DNA of 64,000 nucleotides from an uncultured Nitrospirales bacterium (GTDB lineage Bacteria; Hydrogenedentota; Hydrogenedentia; Hydrogenedentales; CAILVY01): NCBI GenBank assembly GCA_964474205.1, contig CAYYRW010000004.1, positions 67,050 to 131,049 of the forward strand, read 5' to 3'. Shown piece by piece: positions 32,704 to 42,469 of this stretch (position 1 is its first letter; each line of letters starts with the position of its first letter). The notes under the pieces were generated by a model. It saw only the letters and a program-made list of their open reading frames with translations, ran no database searches and was not told where the DNA came from. The position numbers and the translations under genes were made by a program.

Positions 32704-33978
32704 ATGCACGCCATGCCTGAGCAGTCCAGTGCGATACGCGCGGAACATCCGGGACGACGCCGGTGGTGGGTTCCCGCGGCCTTGTTTGTATCGCTGCTGA
32801 TCAGCTACGTCAACCGCATTGACATTTCCTTCGCGCTGCCAGCCATGGCCAAAGAGTTCGCGTGGTCGCCCGCGCAGGTCGGCCGGTATGGCGGCGTATT
32901 GTTGGGCCTGTTCTTTGTCTGCTATGGCATGTCCAACATGATTTTGACCCCTTTGGCGGCGCGGCTGGGTCCGCGAAAGAGTTTGCTCGCCATCGTCATG
33001 GGATTTTCCGCCGCAGGCCTGCTCGGGGTTCCCCTGGGGGGCAGCATCCTGGCGTTTGGGTGTACACGAGGACTCCTCGGGATCGCGCAAGGCCCGCACG
33101 TCCCGATGATGAACACCGTGACCAAGCATTGGTTTCCACCCGGAGAACGCTCGCGGGCCAATGGCCTCTGGATCAGCGGCATGCTCCTCGCGCCCCTGCT
33201 CGCTCCGATCATCCTTGTGCCCATCATCGGCGCCGGTGGATGGCGGATGATGTTTCTGGCCGTAGGGCTGTGCGGCATGGCGTTGTCCGCGCCGCTGTTG
33301 TGGGCGTTCGTGTACGACACGCCCCGCCAATCGCGATGGCTGCAAGCCGCGGAGGCCGCCTATATCGAGTCGCACCTCGAACCGGCACTGGAAGACGAGG
33401 ACTGGACATTCCTGCATCTGCCGGATTTTTGGCTGGCCCTCGCCGGAGGCATCCTCAACAACTTCTGCGTGTTCGGAATCATGTTCTGGCTTCCGGTCTA
33501 TTTTACCGAGGGCCGCAGCCTGCCTTTTGCCGACCTCTGGTATGCGGCGTCATTGCCGTACGTGGTCGGCGTCGCGGGCATTGCCGTCATGGCGGGCCTT
33601 GGCGACGCGACCAATCGCCGCGCGCTGATTGCAGGCACCGGTTTTGTGCTGACGGCGGTTGTCGTCTACCTGGCCGCGATGACGCCATCGCTCGTCTTCG
33701 CCATCGCATGTTTCACGGCCGGGGTGTTCTTTCAGACGGCCTATGGCGCCCAGGAGTTCGCGCTGCTCCAGCGCATCCTCCCGCGCAACACCATTAGCCG
33801 GGGCGCCGGCATCTACAACGGCATCGCCGTCCTGATCGGCGGCTGCGGCAGTTCCTTTGCCGTCGGGGGCTCGGTATCCCTTACGGGTTCCTATACGGCG
33901 GGGCTCTTGCTTATTGTGGGTTGCGCGTTGGCAGCCGCTTTCGTATTGCTTGTGCTCGCCCGCCGCTTGAGGTACTGA
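32704..33978 (+). CDS. MFS transporter (anion:cation symporter-like)
   Basis: 12 predicted TM helices. MFS loop motifs (GRYGGV, ..LARLGPRKSL..). Confidence 0.9.
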   Translation: MHAMPEQSSAIRAEHPGRRRWWVPAALFVSLLISYVNRIDISFALPAMAKEFAWSPAQVGRYGGVLLGLFFVCYGMSNMILTPLAARLGPRKSLLAIVMGFSAAGLLGVPLGGSILAFGCTRGLLGIAQGPHVPMMNTVTKHWFPPGERSRANGLWISGMLLAPLLAPIILVPIIGAGGWRMMFLAVGLCGMALSAPLLWAFVYDTPRQSRWLQAAEAAYIESHLEPALEDEDWTFLHLPDFWLALAGGILNNFCVFGIMFWLPVYFTEGRSLPFADLWYAASLPYVVGVAGIAVMAGLGDATNRRALIAGTGFVLTAVVVYLAAMTPSLVFAIACFTAGVFFQTAYGAQEFALLQRILPRNTISRGAGIYNGIAVLIGGCGSSFAVGGSVSLTGSYTAGLLLIVGCALAAAFVLLVLARRLRY

Positions 33979-33982
33979 TTTT

Positions 33983-34096
33983 ATGCGCAACCGCCGCCCG
34001 CATAAAAGGCAATTGGCGTACTGGCGGCAGCGCCACATCGAAGCCATGGCAGAACTGAAACTGGCCTGCAAAGCACATCCAGATTATACACCATGA
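33983..34096 (+). pseudogene. 37-codon truncated paralog of the small ORF that follows the PIN gene (shared QLAYWRQRHIEAM-ELKLA)
   Basis: MRNRRPHKRQLAYWRQRHIEAMAELKLACKAHPDYTP. Its 3' two-thirds is a direct repeat of 35081-35153. Confidence 0.4.
34009..34081. repeat. Left copy of direct repeat flanking the PIN cassette
   Basis: 34009-34065 matches 35081-35137 with 1 mismatch in 57 bp. Lower-identity homology continues about 16 bp further. Confidence 0.85.
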
Positions 34097-34528
34097 AATT
34101 CCCGCAGTCATTGGAATTCGAAGAAAATCACGGGGAGGTACTTGACTTCCCTTCTCAATCCTGTATATGCTTTTTCATGGATGTTCTAAGTATTTCAATG
34201 CTTAATGTGGGCCGGTCAAAACCAATAAAGGGGAAGTTTTTGTATCCGATCAGATACGCCCGCAGTGCCACCATGATTTCTGCGTTCAGTATTGCCTTGG
34301 CGATGGCCGGTTGTCCGCCCCAGGGAACGGCCCCATCGGCCGCCCGTCGCACACGTTCAATTCCATGGGGTTCCGCCTCGCCAGGTAATTTCGACTGACT
34401 ATTCTCTTGAGCAGCCATATCTGATGGACCTTACGAAGGGCTGGATTTGCACCGGGTTCCACCCGACAAGGGGATGAAGATGGTAGAATGAAGGCAGAAT
34501 TGAATAATTGAGTGGAAAGGATAAAATA

Positions 34529-35002
34529 ATGATGAAAGGCTCGATACGGGTATATGTGGACACTTCGGTGTTTGGTGGGGCCTTTGATAGTAAGTTTCAG
34601 GAGGCGAGTTGTCGCTTCTTTGAAATGGTCCGGTCGGGCAAGTTCACTCTGGTGATTTCTTCCACAGTTTCGGACGAATTGCGGGATGCTCCAGAAAAGG
34701 TTCGCGGGCTTTTCCGGGAGTTGGCGGCGTATATCGAGGTTGCGGAGATTGATCCTTCCGCGGTTAACCTCCAAGAGGCTTATCTCAACGCGCATGTTGT
34801 GGGTCCACGGTGGGATGTCGACGCACTGCATGTGGCCGTGGCCACGGTTTCCGGTTGCAGGGTTATTGTAAGCTGGAATTTTAAGCATATTGTTAACTTT
34901 CGGAGGATTCCGATGTATAATGGGGTAAACATGACGCATGGATTCCCCGCGATAGCGATACATACGCCAGAAGAGGTGATTTTCTATGATGATGAAGACT
35001 AA
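34529..35002 (+). CDS. PIN-domain protein (VapC-like toxin candidate)
   Basis: IRVYVDTSVFGGAF...LVISSTVSDEL and further acidic residues (DVDALHVAVA) form the PIN catalytic tetrad pattern. GGAAAGGA RBS 7 nt before ATG 34529. Low-GC context. Confidence 0.8.
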   Translation: MMKGSIRVYVDTSVFGGAFDSKFQEASCRFFEMVRSGKFTLVISSTVSDELRDAPEKVRGLFRELAAYIEVAEIDPSAVNLQEAYLNAHVVGPRWDVDALHVAVATVSGCRVIVSWNFKHIVNFRRIPMYNGVNMTHGFPAIAIHTPEEVIFYDDED

Positions 35003-35165
35003 AGATTTCGATTGCGTCGAAATGATGCACAAGGGCGCGTTGCGCATACACGAAACATTGAAAGGCAAGAGCAAGGAAGAGCAATTGGCGTACTGGCGGC
35101 AGCGCCACATCGAAGCCATGGAAGAACTGAAACTGGCTCGCGAAACACACCCAGCAGCGAAATGA
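34986..35165 (+). CDS. Small 59-aa ORF overlapping the PIN stop by 17 nt; putative partner/antitoxin
   Basis: MMMKTKDFDCVEMMHKGALRIHETLKGKSKEEQLAYWRQRHIEAMEELKLARETHPAAK. Not in the supplied ORF track (below 60 aa). A paralogous fragment lies at 33983-34096. Confidence 0.4.
   Translation: MMMKTKDFDCVEMMHKGALRIHETLKGKSKEEQLAYWRQRHIEAMEELKLARETHPAAK
35081..35153. repeat. Right copy of direct repeat flanking the PIN cassette
   Basis: See 34009-34081. Confidence 0.85.
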
Positions 35166-35360
35166 AACGCTTGACCTCCCCGTTTGAAAATCGGCCCCGC
35201 CCATCGATGCCGAGAAAGGCATGCAATAAGCCGTTCCAGCACACGTAGGTATTTGGAGCCTTGACTTGGCGGTTGCCAAGATTCTCAAACCACGGGGGCA
35301 ATTGACGCACCATGAAAATCCCCCAGTCAATGGCGGATTTTCATGGTGGGGGTTTTCGGC

Positions 35361-37508
35361 CTATATCCCGTTTCCGGCGCGGGCGCTTTTGATTTCCTGC
35401 TTGGGTAGAGTGTGGCGGAAGGGGTCTTTATACAAGCCTATTTTCTTGAAGGGAATTGATGCGAAACCAGGCGGCATTTCCTTGGCGGAGGATTTGAGCC
35501 GGAAGTTGCCGGCCTCGGCATTTTTGAAATAGCCCTTGCCCTCGGAAGTGACATTGTCCTGGATTATGTTCTGGTCTTTGTCGCGCAGGAGAAATTTCTC
35601 GCATTTCCAAACCAGATTGCGCTGGATGGTGTTGCGGTTGGGGTTTTCTTTGAGGGAGGCGAGCGCGGGATAGCGGGTTTGGTAGAGCGCGGGATCAATG
35701 GCCGGAGCGGCGAGCGCGGGCGCGGTAAAATTCTCCCACCGCGCGGCATCCCAGGGCGAGAAACTGATGGCGGCGGTGCATTCGGCGAAAATATTGTTTT
35801 CAACGGTGTTATCTTTTCCGCCATGAATCTGTACACCGCCGAAACCCAGTTTTCCGGCGGAACATTTATAGAAAACGTTGCCTTGGATCAGCGTGCCGGA
35901 AATGGCGTCGTCGAGGCGGATGCCGGCCTGTCCGCAGGCCAAGTCTTCGCCGGTATGCCGCCAATTACCGATATGATGCCAATAATTGTAGCGGTAGACA
36001 TTGCCCCGGAAGGTTGGATCACCCCACATGTCCGCGCCGCCCTGATCGTCCGATTCCAGCAGCACATCATGCACTTCATTATATTCAACGATGTGGTCGT
36101 TTCCGTTGAGCCGGACGGCGCTGCTATTGATGTGATGCATCCGGTTGTGGGTGATGCGGTTGCCCACGCCGTTCATCACCACGGCGGGCGTATAGGTGTG
36201 ATCAATGCGGGACAAGTGGTGAATGTCGCAATTGGCGAGGAAATGCCCGCCGGGGGTGAGGGTTTTCCGGTCGCCGCCCGTGATGAGCGTTCCGCCGCGC
36301 CCCATGGAATAGATATCGCAGGAGAGAATGCCGTGCCGGGTTCCACCGGTGATCTCGATGCCATTGCCGCCAAAACACCGGACGGTGCATCCCGCAAAAA
36401 GGCAGTTCTCGCCTCCCTTCACATGAATGGCATCGCCTTCGCCGAGTTCCCAGGTAAATCCCTCGAACCGCACATGGGACGCGTTGTCCAGATGCACGAA
36501 GGGGAGCGTGAAGACGGAGAGTTCGACGGTGGCCTTTTCGGGATCGGACGGCGGATAGACATACAGTATCGCCTTTTGACGGTCCAGATACCATTCGCCC
36601 GGCTGGTCAATTTCGGACAGGAGATTGACGGCGTAATACCGCGCGCCCTTGCGATAGCCATAGCCATGATAGGGTTGGGCGAACTCGATTTCGCGTTTTT
36701 CGGCATCGATAGCGGCAATCCGTTCGTACGAATCGGCCCAATCGAAGAACCAATAGCCGTATAAGAATGCGTCTTTTTCTTCTTTCCAGCGCACGGGGCG
36801 TTCATCGTCGTACCGGATTTTCCCCACTTTGCTTCCGGTCATGCCGTGGATGCTGTGCCCATCGGGCACACAGATATCCGCCACCTTCAGAAAACCCTCG
36901 TTCGGATACCGCGCCATGGGCAGCGCCTCCCCATTGAAAAACAGTTCGGGGATCGGGTGGGTTTTGAATCCGTTGCCGCTGGCGCATCCCCCTAAAACCA
37001 GCGGTTCCAATTCCTTGATACCGAGAGGTTTCAGATCGGCCTGGAGTACCTGGTCACGCGCATTTTCGGGCAAGCGCGCCAGTACTGCTTCGTCTGTAAC
37101 GGGTAAGAAATTGGAAAGGCGGACACCGCCACTGAACACCGGCGCTTGATTCCGTGCAGCCTGGAACACGATGGGGGCGTCGGGAGTTCCGGAGTCTTGC
37201 TGTGTCAGCGTGAAAGTCTGGCTGACGGGATACTGCCCGCCGTTCACCGTTACATAAACCGCCCCGTTCGGGAGTTTTTCTTTTCGCCGGAGGGTGCGTA
37301 TTTCGTCGCGGGCGCGTTCCAGCGTCGCAAATGGCTTGGATTTGATTCCCGGATTACGGTCCGAACCGTCTGGAGCCACGTAAAGGTGCAGGCCGGCCTT
37401 CGGCAGCGGGGGAAGAACTATTTTCCCGTCGTCTTCCCCGGCGAACGCATTTCCAACGCATCCAGCCGCCAAGCCAAGACCCATCATCAGGAACAAGATA
37501 TTCTTCAT
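35361..37508 (-). CDS. Secreted right-handed parallel beta-helix repeat protein (pectate-lyase fold; glycan-active or adhesin-like)
   Basis: Signal peptide MKNILFLMMGLGLAAGCVGNAFA. Multiple PbH1-like repeats (NGIEITGGTRHGILSCDIY, NRITHNRMHHINSSAVRLNGNDHIVEYNEV, GNVFYKC...). 715 aa. Confidence 0.8.
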   Translation of the reverse strand: MKNILFLMMGLGLAAGCVGNAFAGEDDGKIVLPPLPKAGLHLYVAPDGSDRNPGIKSKPFATLERARDEIRTLRRKEKLPNGAVYVTVNGGQYPVSQTFTLTQQDSGTPDAPIVFQAARNQAPVFSGGVRLSNFLPVTDEAVLARLPENARDQVLQADLKPLGIKELEPLVLGGCASGNGFKTHPIPELFFNGEALPMARYPNEGFLKVADICVPDGHSIHGMTGSKVGKIRYDDERPVRWKEEKDAFLYGYWFFDWADSYERIAAIDAEKREIEFAQPYHGYGYRKGARYYAVNLLSEIDQPGEWYLDRQKAILYVYPPSDPEKATVELSVFTLPFVHLDNASHVRFEGFTWELGEGDAIHVKGGENCLFAGCTVRCFGGNGIEITGGTRHGILSCDIYSMGRGGTLITGGDRKTLTPGGHFLANCDIHHLSRIDHTYTPAVVMNGVGNRITHNRMHHINSSAVRLNGNDHIVEYNEVHDVLLESDDQGGADMWGDPTFRGNVYRYNYWHHIGNWRHTGEDLACGQAGIRLDDAISGTLIQGNVFYKCSAGKLGFGGVQIHGGKDNTVENNIFAECTAAISFSPWDAARWENFTAPALAAPAIDPALYQTRYPALASLKENPNRNTIQRNLVWKCEKFLLRDKDQNIIQDNVTSEGKGYFKNAEAGNFRLKSSAKEMPPGFASIPFKKIGLYKDPFRHTLPKQEIKSARAGNGI

Positions 37509-37688
37509 GGTTTTTATCCTTTCATGCCGGCATATAGTTAATCCTGACCGTCCGATGGAATGTCAACTTCAAAAGATGGGCATCGAGGACCCTTGTCTTT
37601 ATATGAACGGTGGAAAGGTGCAGTACTGCGGGTTCAAACGGTAAAATACCGCCACTTTTTGTGCAGGCGGCAGGTTCACTTTTTAAGG

Positions 37689-39827
37689 ATGGCTATGATT
37701 TCGTTGAATGAACAGCAGCGGGCGGCGGTGACGGCGGAGGGCGGGCCGGTATTGGTGCTGGCCGGGGCGGGCAGCGGCAAGACGCGCGTGATTGTGGAAC
37801 GGCTGGCATGGCTGGTGCAGGAACGCGGCGTGGACCCGCGTCATCTGCTGGCGATGACGTTCACGAACAAGGCCGCGTCGGAAATGCGGGACCGGTTCGC
37901 GGCACGGGTGGGGGCGGACCGGGTGGGGGCGTGGCTGGGCACGTTTCACTCGTTTGGGTTGCTTGCCTTGCGGCGGGACATGGACCGGCTGGGGCGCCCG
38001 AAAACCTTCACGGTGTTCGATGATTCGGATCAACTGTCGCTCATGAAAAAGCTGGTGAAGGATTTGCCGGGGCGGTTCGAGGCGGTGTCGCCGCGGGAAG
38101 CGCTGACCTGGATCAGCCGCATCAAGCAGCGGGCGGAAGAACCCGCCTGGGCTCAGGACCCGTTCGATTCGCTCGAAGAAACCTGCCGGGAGTTGTGGAT
38201 TCGGTATCATGAGGCGCTTCTGCGCGCGGCGGCGGTGGATTTTGATGATCTCCTGTCGCTGGTGGTCAAGCTGTTGCGGGATCATGCGGATATCCGCGAG
38301 CGGTATCAACGCCGGCATCAGTATGTGATGATTGACGAATATCAGGACACGAATCACGCGCAATACCTCATTGCGCATCATTTGAGCGAGTCGCACGGCA
38401 ATCTTTTCGCGGTGGGGGACGAGGATCAGAGCATTTATTCATGGCGGGGCGCGGACATCAATAACATTCTGGACTTCGCGAAGGATTTTCTCGAGGCGAA
38501 AGTGGTCCGGCTCGAACAGAATTACCGCAGCACGAAACCGATTCTCGATGCGGCGAACGCACTGGTGGCCAACAATATCAACCGGCTGGGAAAGAACCTG
38601 TTTACGGCGGAGAAGAGCGGGGAGCCCGTACGGTTCTTTTTGGCGAATGACGGGGAGGCGGAGGCGCACTTTGTGGTGGAGGACCTGACGGAAAAGAACC
38701 TTTCGCCCAAACAGGTGGCGGTGTTGTTCCGGACGAATGCGCAGTCGCGGTTGATGGAAGAAGCGTTGCGGCGGAAAGGGGTTCATTACGTGGTGGTGGG
38801 GGGCATCAAATTCTACAGCCGGAAGGAAATCAAGGACCTGCTGGCCTATCTGCGGCTGCTGGTGAACCCCAACGACGATGAATCGCTGCGGCGGGTGATC
38901 AATGTGCCGCCGCGCGGCATCGGCGGGACTTCGCTGGAGCGCATGGAAGAGTACGCCACGGTCCGCAAGACGCCGTTGTTGCAGGTGATGCGCGACGTGG
39001 AAACCGACACCACGCTTCCCTCGCGCGCGCGGGAGTCGGCGTTGAAGTTTGTACATTTGATCGACGATTTGACCCTGAAGGCGCGGGACACGAAGCTGGT
39101 GGCGTTGATGGAGGAATTGCTCGAGGCGATTGGTTACCGGGAGCATGTGCTGGCGAGTGATGAGAAGGATTCACGGTCGCGCATGGAAATCGTGGATGAA
39201 TTTCTCGCGACGTGCAAGCAGCATGATGCGCGCGGCGCGGGCGGGCTGATGGAGTTCTTGCAGGACCTTGCGCTGGTGAGTGACGTGGACCAGTGGGATT
39301 CGGATATGCCCGCCGTGACGCTGATGACCTGCCATGCGGCCAAAGGCCTTGAGTTTGACCAGGTGTACCTGATAGGGTTGGAAGAAGGCTTGCTCCCCTA
39401 TGGGGCCGAGTTCTTCAGCGATACGGACCTGGAGGAGGAGCGGCGCCTTTGTTACGTGGCGATGACGCGCGCCCGGAAAGGGCTGACGTTGTGCGCGGCG
39501 CGGTCGCGGGTGTTGTATGGGAAGCAGCGCAATGACCGGCAGGTGTCGCGGTTCATTAAAGAGATTGGCCTGGACCGGTTGTCGCCGGTGGTTCCCCGGC
39601 AGACCCGCCAACACGTTGCGCCGCCCGCGGAAATGCCCGCGGCGGAGCCCGCGAAATTCCGCACGGGCATGCGGGTGCGGCACGCCACATTCGGCCCGGG
39701 CACGGTGCAGTACACGAACGGAGCGGGCGATAAATTGAAGGCGCGGATCCGGTTTGACACCGGAAGAACGGCCATGCTGTTGGTGAAGCTTGCACCCCTG
39801 GAGATATTGGAGGGAAAACACCGGTGA
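37689..39827 (+). CDS. ATP-dependent DNA helicase, UvrD/PcrA/Rep family
   Basis: LNEQQRAAVTAEGGPVLVLAGAGSGKTRVIVERLAWLV (Q-motif and Walker A). DEYQDTNHAQY (motif II), YRSTKPIL, CHAAKGLEFDQVYL and VAMTRAR motifs. Start at ATG 37689 or 37695 (AAGGA RBS). Confidence 0.9.
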   Translation: MAMISLNEQQRAAVTAEGGPVLVLAGAGSGKTRVIVERLAWLVQERGVDPRHLLAMTFTNKAASEMRDRFAARVGADRVGAWLGTFHSFGLLALRRDMDRLGRPKTFTVFDDSDQLSLMKKLVKDLPGRFEAVSPREALTWISRIKQRAEEPAWAQDPFDSLEETCRELWIRYHEALLRAAAVDFDDLLSLVVKLLRDHADIRERYQRRHQYVMIDEYQDTNHAQYLIAHHLSESHGNLFAVGDEDQSIYSWRGADINNILDFAKDFLEAKVVRLEQNYRSTKPILDAANALVANNINRLGKNLFTAEKSGEPVRFFLANDGEAEAHFVVEDLTEKNLSPKQVAVLFRTNAQSRLMEEALRRKGVHYVVVGGIKFYSRKEIKDLLAYLRLLVNPNDDESLRRVINVPPRGIGGTSLERMEEYATVRKTPLLQVMRDVETDTTLPSRARESALKFVHLIDDLTLKARDTKLVALMEELLEAIGYREHVLASDEKDSRSRMEIVDEFLATCKQHDARGAGGLMEFLQDLALVSDVDQWDSDMPAVTLMTCHAAKGLEFDQVYLIGLEEGLLPYGAEFFSDTDLEEERRLCYVAMTRARKGLTLCAARSRVLYGKQRNDRQVSRFIKEIGLDRLSPVVPRQTRQHVAPPAEMPAAEPAKFRTGMRVRHATFGPGTVQYTNGAGDKLKARIRFDTGRTAMLLVKLAPLEILEGKHR

Positions 39828-40900
39828 ACATGGATGAATTGAGAGCGCGGATAGACGCGCTGGACAAGACGGTGCTGGAATGCCTGAATGAGCGCGCGCG
39901 GTATGCACAGGAAATTGCGCAACTCAAGCGCTCGGCCGATGCGCCGTTTTACGTGCCGGAGCGCGAAAAAACCGTGCTGGAAAAGCTGATGGAGTTGAAT
40001 GCGGGGCCGTTGAGCGAGACCGCCATCCGCGCCATCTACCGGGAAATCATGAGCGCGATCCGCGCCCTGGAAAAAGACATCAGCGTGGCCTTTCTCGGAC
40101 CCAAGGATACCTTCAGCCACATGGCGGCCTTGCGGGTGTTCGGCGCGGCGGCGGATTACCGGCCCCTGCCGTCTTTCGCGGATATCTTCACGGAAGTGGA
40201 GCGGGGACGGATAGACTACGGCGTGGTGCCGGTGGAGAGTTCGATTGGCGGCTCCGTCAGCGAAACGCTCGACCGTTTCATCATCTCGCACCTGAAAATT
40301 ATCAACGAGGTGATGCTGCACGTCACGCAAAACCTCCTTGCCAATTGCCCGCTGAACGACATTAAGCGCGTATACTCGAAAGACAATGCGCTCCTGCAAT
40401 GCCGGAACTGGCTTCGTGCCAACCTGCCGAACGCGGAGTTGATGGAAGTGTCCAGCACGGCCGAAGCGGCGCGGCGGGCATCCACGGAACCGGGCGCGGC
40501 GGCCATTGCGAGCAAGCTCGCGGCCCAAACCTACAGCCTCAACCTGCTGTGTGAGCGCATCGAGGACATGGCCCACAACTACACGCGGTTTTTCGTGGTG
40601 GGGCGCCAGATGGTCAAGCCGACCGGCGACGACAAGACGTCCGTGCTGATCTCGGTGAAAGACCGGCCCGGAGCCCTCTATCACCTCCTGATTCCCTTTG
40701 CGGAGTCCGGCATCAACCTCACCCGCATCGAGTCGCGGCCCTCGCAGCAAAAACCCTGGGAATATGTATTCTTTATTGATCTGAAGGGGCATGTGGAAGA
40801 TGCCGCTGTCAAAAAAATACTCGATGAAGTGGCGGAACGCGCCGCGAACTTCAAGATTCTCGGTTCCTACCCCTGTGCGCCCCTCCAGGACAACGATTAA
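39824..40900 (+). CDS. pheA: Bifunctional chorismate mutase / prephenate dehydratase
   Basis: N-terminal CM_2 domain (LRARIDALDKTVLECLNERARYAQEIAQLK). PDT domain (VAFLGPKDTFSHMAAL...TRFFVV) and C-terminal ACT domain (ESRPS motif). GTG 39824 overlaps the helicase stop (GTGA); ATG 39830 is an alternative. Confidence 0.9.
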   Translation: MNMDELRARIDALDKTVLECLNERARYAQEIAQLKRSADAPFYVPEREKTVLEKLMELNAGPLSETAIRAIYREIMSAIRALEKDISVAFLGPKDTFSHMAALRVFGAAADYRPLPSFADIFTEVERGRIDYGVVPVESSIGGSVSETLDRFIISHLKIINEVMLHVTQNLLANCPLNDIKRVYSKDNALLQCRNWLRANLPNAELMEVSSTAEAARRASTEPGAAAIASKLAAQTYSLNLLCERIEDMAHNYTRFFVVGRQMVKPTGDDKTSVLISVKDRPGALYHLLIPFAESGINLTRIESRPSQQKPWEYVFFIDLKGHVEDAAVKKILDEVAERAANFKILGSYPCAPLQDND

Positions 40901-41008
40901 CCGGACCCAAAACAAAAACACGCCCTTCGCACACATACTTCGGTGCGTTGGACGCGCTTTTTACTCGCTTAGAAAACTGTTTGGTCAGCCCTGCCGCAGA
41001 GGCACAGC

Positions 41009-41139
41009 TTAGCCAATGTGATCGTAGGGCGGATAATCCGGACTGCCCAGGAAGCCAAACAGGTCTTTCACCAGTTCCCACAGCTTCTGAAAGAAGAACG
41101 AAATCGTCGTCCAAATCAAGGTGTCAAATAATTGTCCCA
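41009..41139 (-). CDS. Possible small membrane peptide (43-45 aa)
   Basis: GGAGGAATGGAG immediately upstream. MGQLFDTLIWTTISFFFQKLWELVKDLFGFLGSPDYPPYDHIG has one hydrophobic helix. Not in the ORF track (too short). Speculative. Confidence 0.25.
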
Positions 41140-41545
41140 TCTCCATTCCTCCTTAGTTTACACTTGTTTCCATAATTCCGTCGCCGCTTGGAATGCCTTA
41201 CACCGCATTCCCAAGCTCCCCGGTGTAGTCTCTCTCTTCGCGAATTTCTCCGCTATAGCAGCTACCCCGTTCTCCAACGGGCCGGATTGTACCACTTATC
41301 ACACTTCAAGTCAATCTTTTTCTCTGTTTCCGCAGGGCGAAAGTGAAAAAGCCCAAATTTTTCTCTATTTTACCGTCATAAAACTCTTGACAGGCCGTTT
41401 TCGCACTGGAAGCCGCTTGCACCAGGACGAATGCGCTGAAACGCGGTGGAACGCTGATCGCCTTGATCCCAGTGGGAAATAGAAGATACTATTAAGTACA
41501 GTAATGGCAATGTATGGGAACCAACCTGTTTTTGGGAGAACTGGT

Positions 41546-42469
41546 ATGCATCTAGCGCCTTCCGCCGGTGGGCGGCTTTTGCTGATTGCCGCATGCATGA
41601 TTTCGTTTTGCGCCGGGGCGGAAACCCTGCTCGGGAACGTGATCGCGGTCCAGGCGGGCGATATGCTGACGATTCAATGCAACGGCGCACCCAAGGAAAT
41701 CCGGCTGTACGGGGTGGACTGTCCGGAACCGGGTCAGGCCTTCGCCGACAAGGCGAAGGAGTATATTTCCCAGAAAGCGCTGAACAAGGAAGTGAGTGTC
41801 GAGGTGAAAGCAGTGGATACGGCGGGGAAAACCGTCGGGGTGGCGGTGTGTGAATATGTGAACCTGAATCAATCGCTCCTGGAGGCGGGGCTGGCGTGGT
41901 GGGACAATCAAAACACGCCCCGGGACACCGCGTATAAAGCCTTGAATGCCAAGGCGATTGTGGGCAAAGTGGGTCTTTGGACGGATGCCGCGCCGCTTGC
42001 GCCCTGGGACTATCGACAAGGGAAGGGGATTCAAAAAGCCGCCTATAGCCTTGAGCCGAAGGCGGAAGCGCCCGCTCCCGTGAAAAAGGAAGAAACCAAA
42101 GTGCTGGCCGCCAAGGGGAACGAGGTCTATACCGGCGGAGGCAAAGTCATCAATGTCGGAGACCTTAAGTTTGATACGCCCTTGACCGAGCAGGATGGCA
42201 TGGCATTGCTGACGAAACACATGCCCACGGTGGCCAAGGACGCCAACGGAAAACCCATTGGCCTTGCCGTTCCGAACATCAACGAGATTCCCTATGCGGG
42301 GATGCTTGGCTTTCAGGACGGTGACATCATTTCCGGCGTAAACGGCGAAGCCATCACGGATTTCAGCCAGGTGCTCCCGATGATCGAACGCTACAAGGGC
42401 GCCAAGCAGATCAACGTTCAGATCATGCGCAACGGCCAGCCCGCCAACGTCACGTTTAATATTCCGTAA
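41546..42469 (+). CDS. Secreted thermonuclease (SNase-like) fused to a C-terminal PDZ-like domain
   Basis: Signal peptide MHLAPSAGGRLLLIAACMISFCAGA. SNase core (GNVIAVQAGDMLTI...IRLYGVDCPE...QAFADKAKEY...LNQSLLEAGLAWW). C-terminal GLAVPN...GDIISGVNGEAI resembles PDZ. GGGAGAA RBS before ATG 41546. Confidence 0.75.
   Translation: MHLAPSAGGRLLLIAACMISFCAGAETLLGNVIAVQAGDMLTIQCNGAPKEIRLYGVDCPEPGQAFADKAKEYISQKALNKEVSVEVKAVDTAGKTVGVAVCEYVNLNQSLLEAGLAWWDNQNTPRDTAYKALNAKAIVGKVGLWTDAAPLAPWDYRQGKGIQKAAYSLEPKAEAPAPVKKEETKVLAAKGNEVYTGGGKVINVGDLKFDTPLTEQDGMALLTKHMPTVAKDANGKPIGLAVPNINEIPYAGMLGFQDGDIISGVNGEAITDFSQVLPMIERYKGAKQINVQIMRNGQPANVTFNIP

Noticed and set aside
34286-35242. 318-aa minus-strand ORF spanning the PIN cassette
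   Set aside because: Antisense to the PIN gene, whose translation has clear PIN motifs. Its repeated ASFSSAMASMWRCRQYANC segments are simply the reverse-complement reading of the direct repeats.
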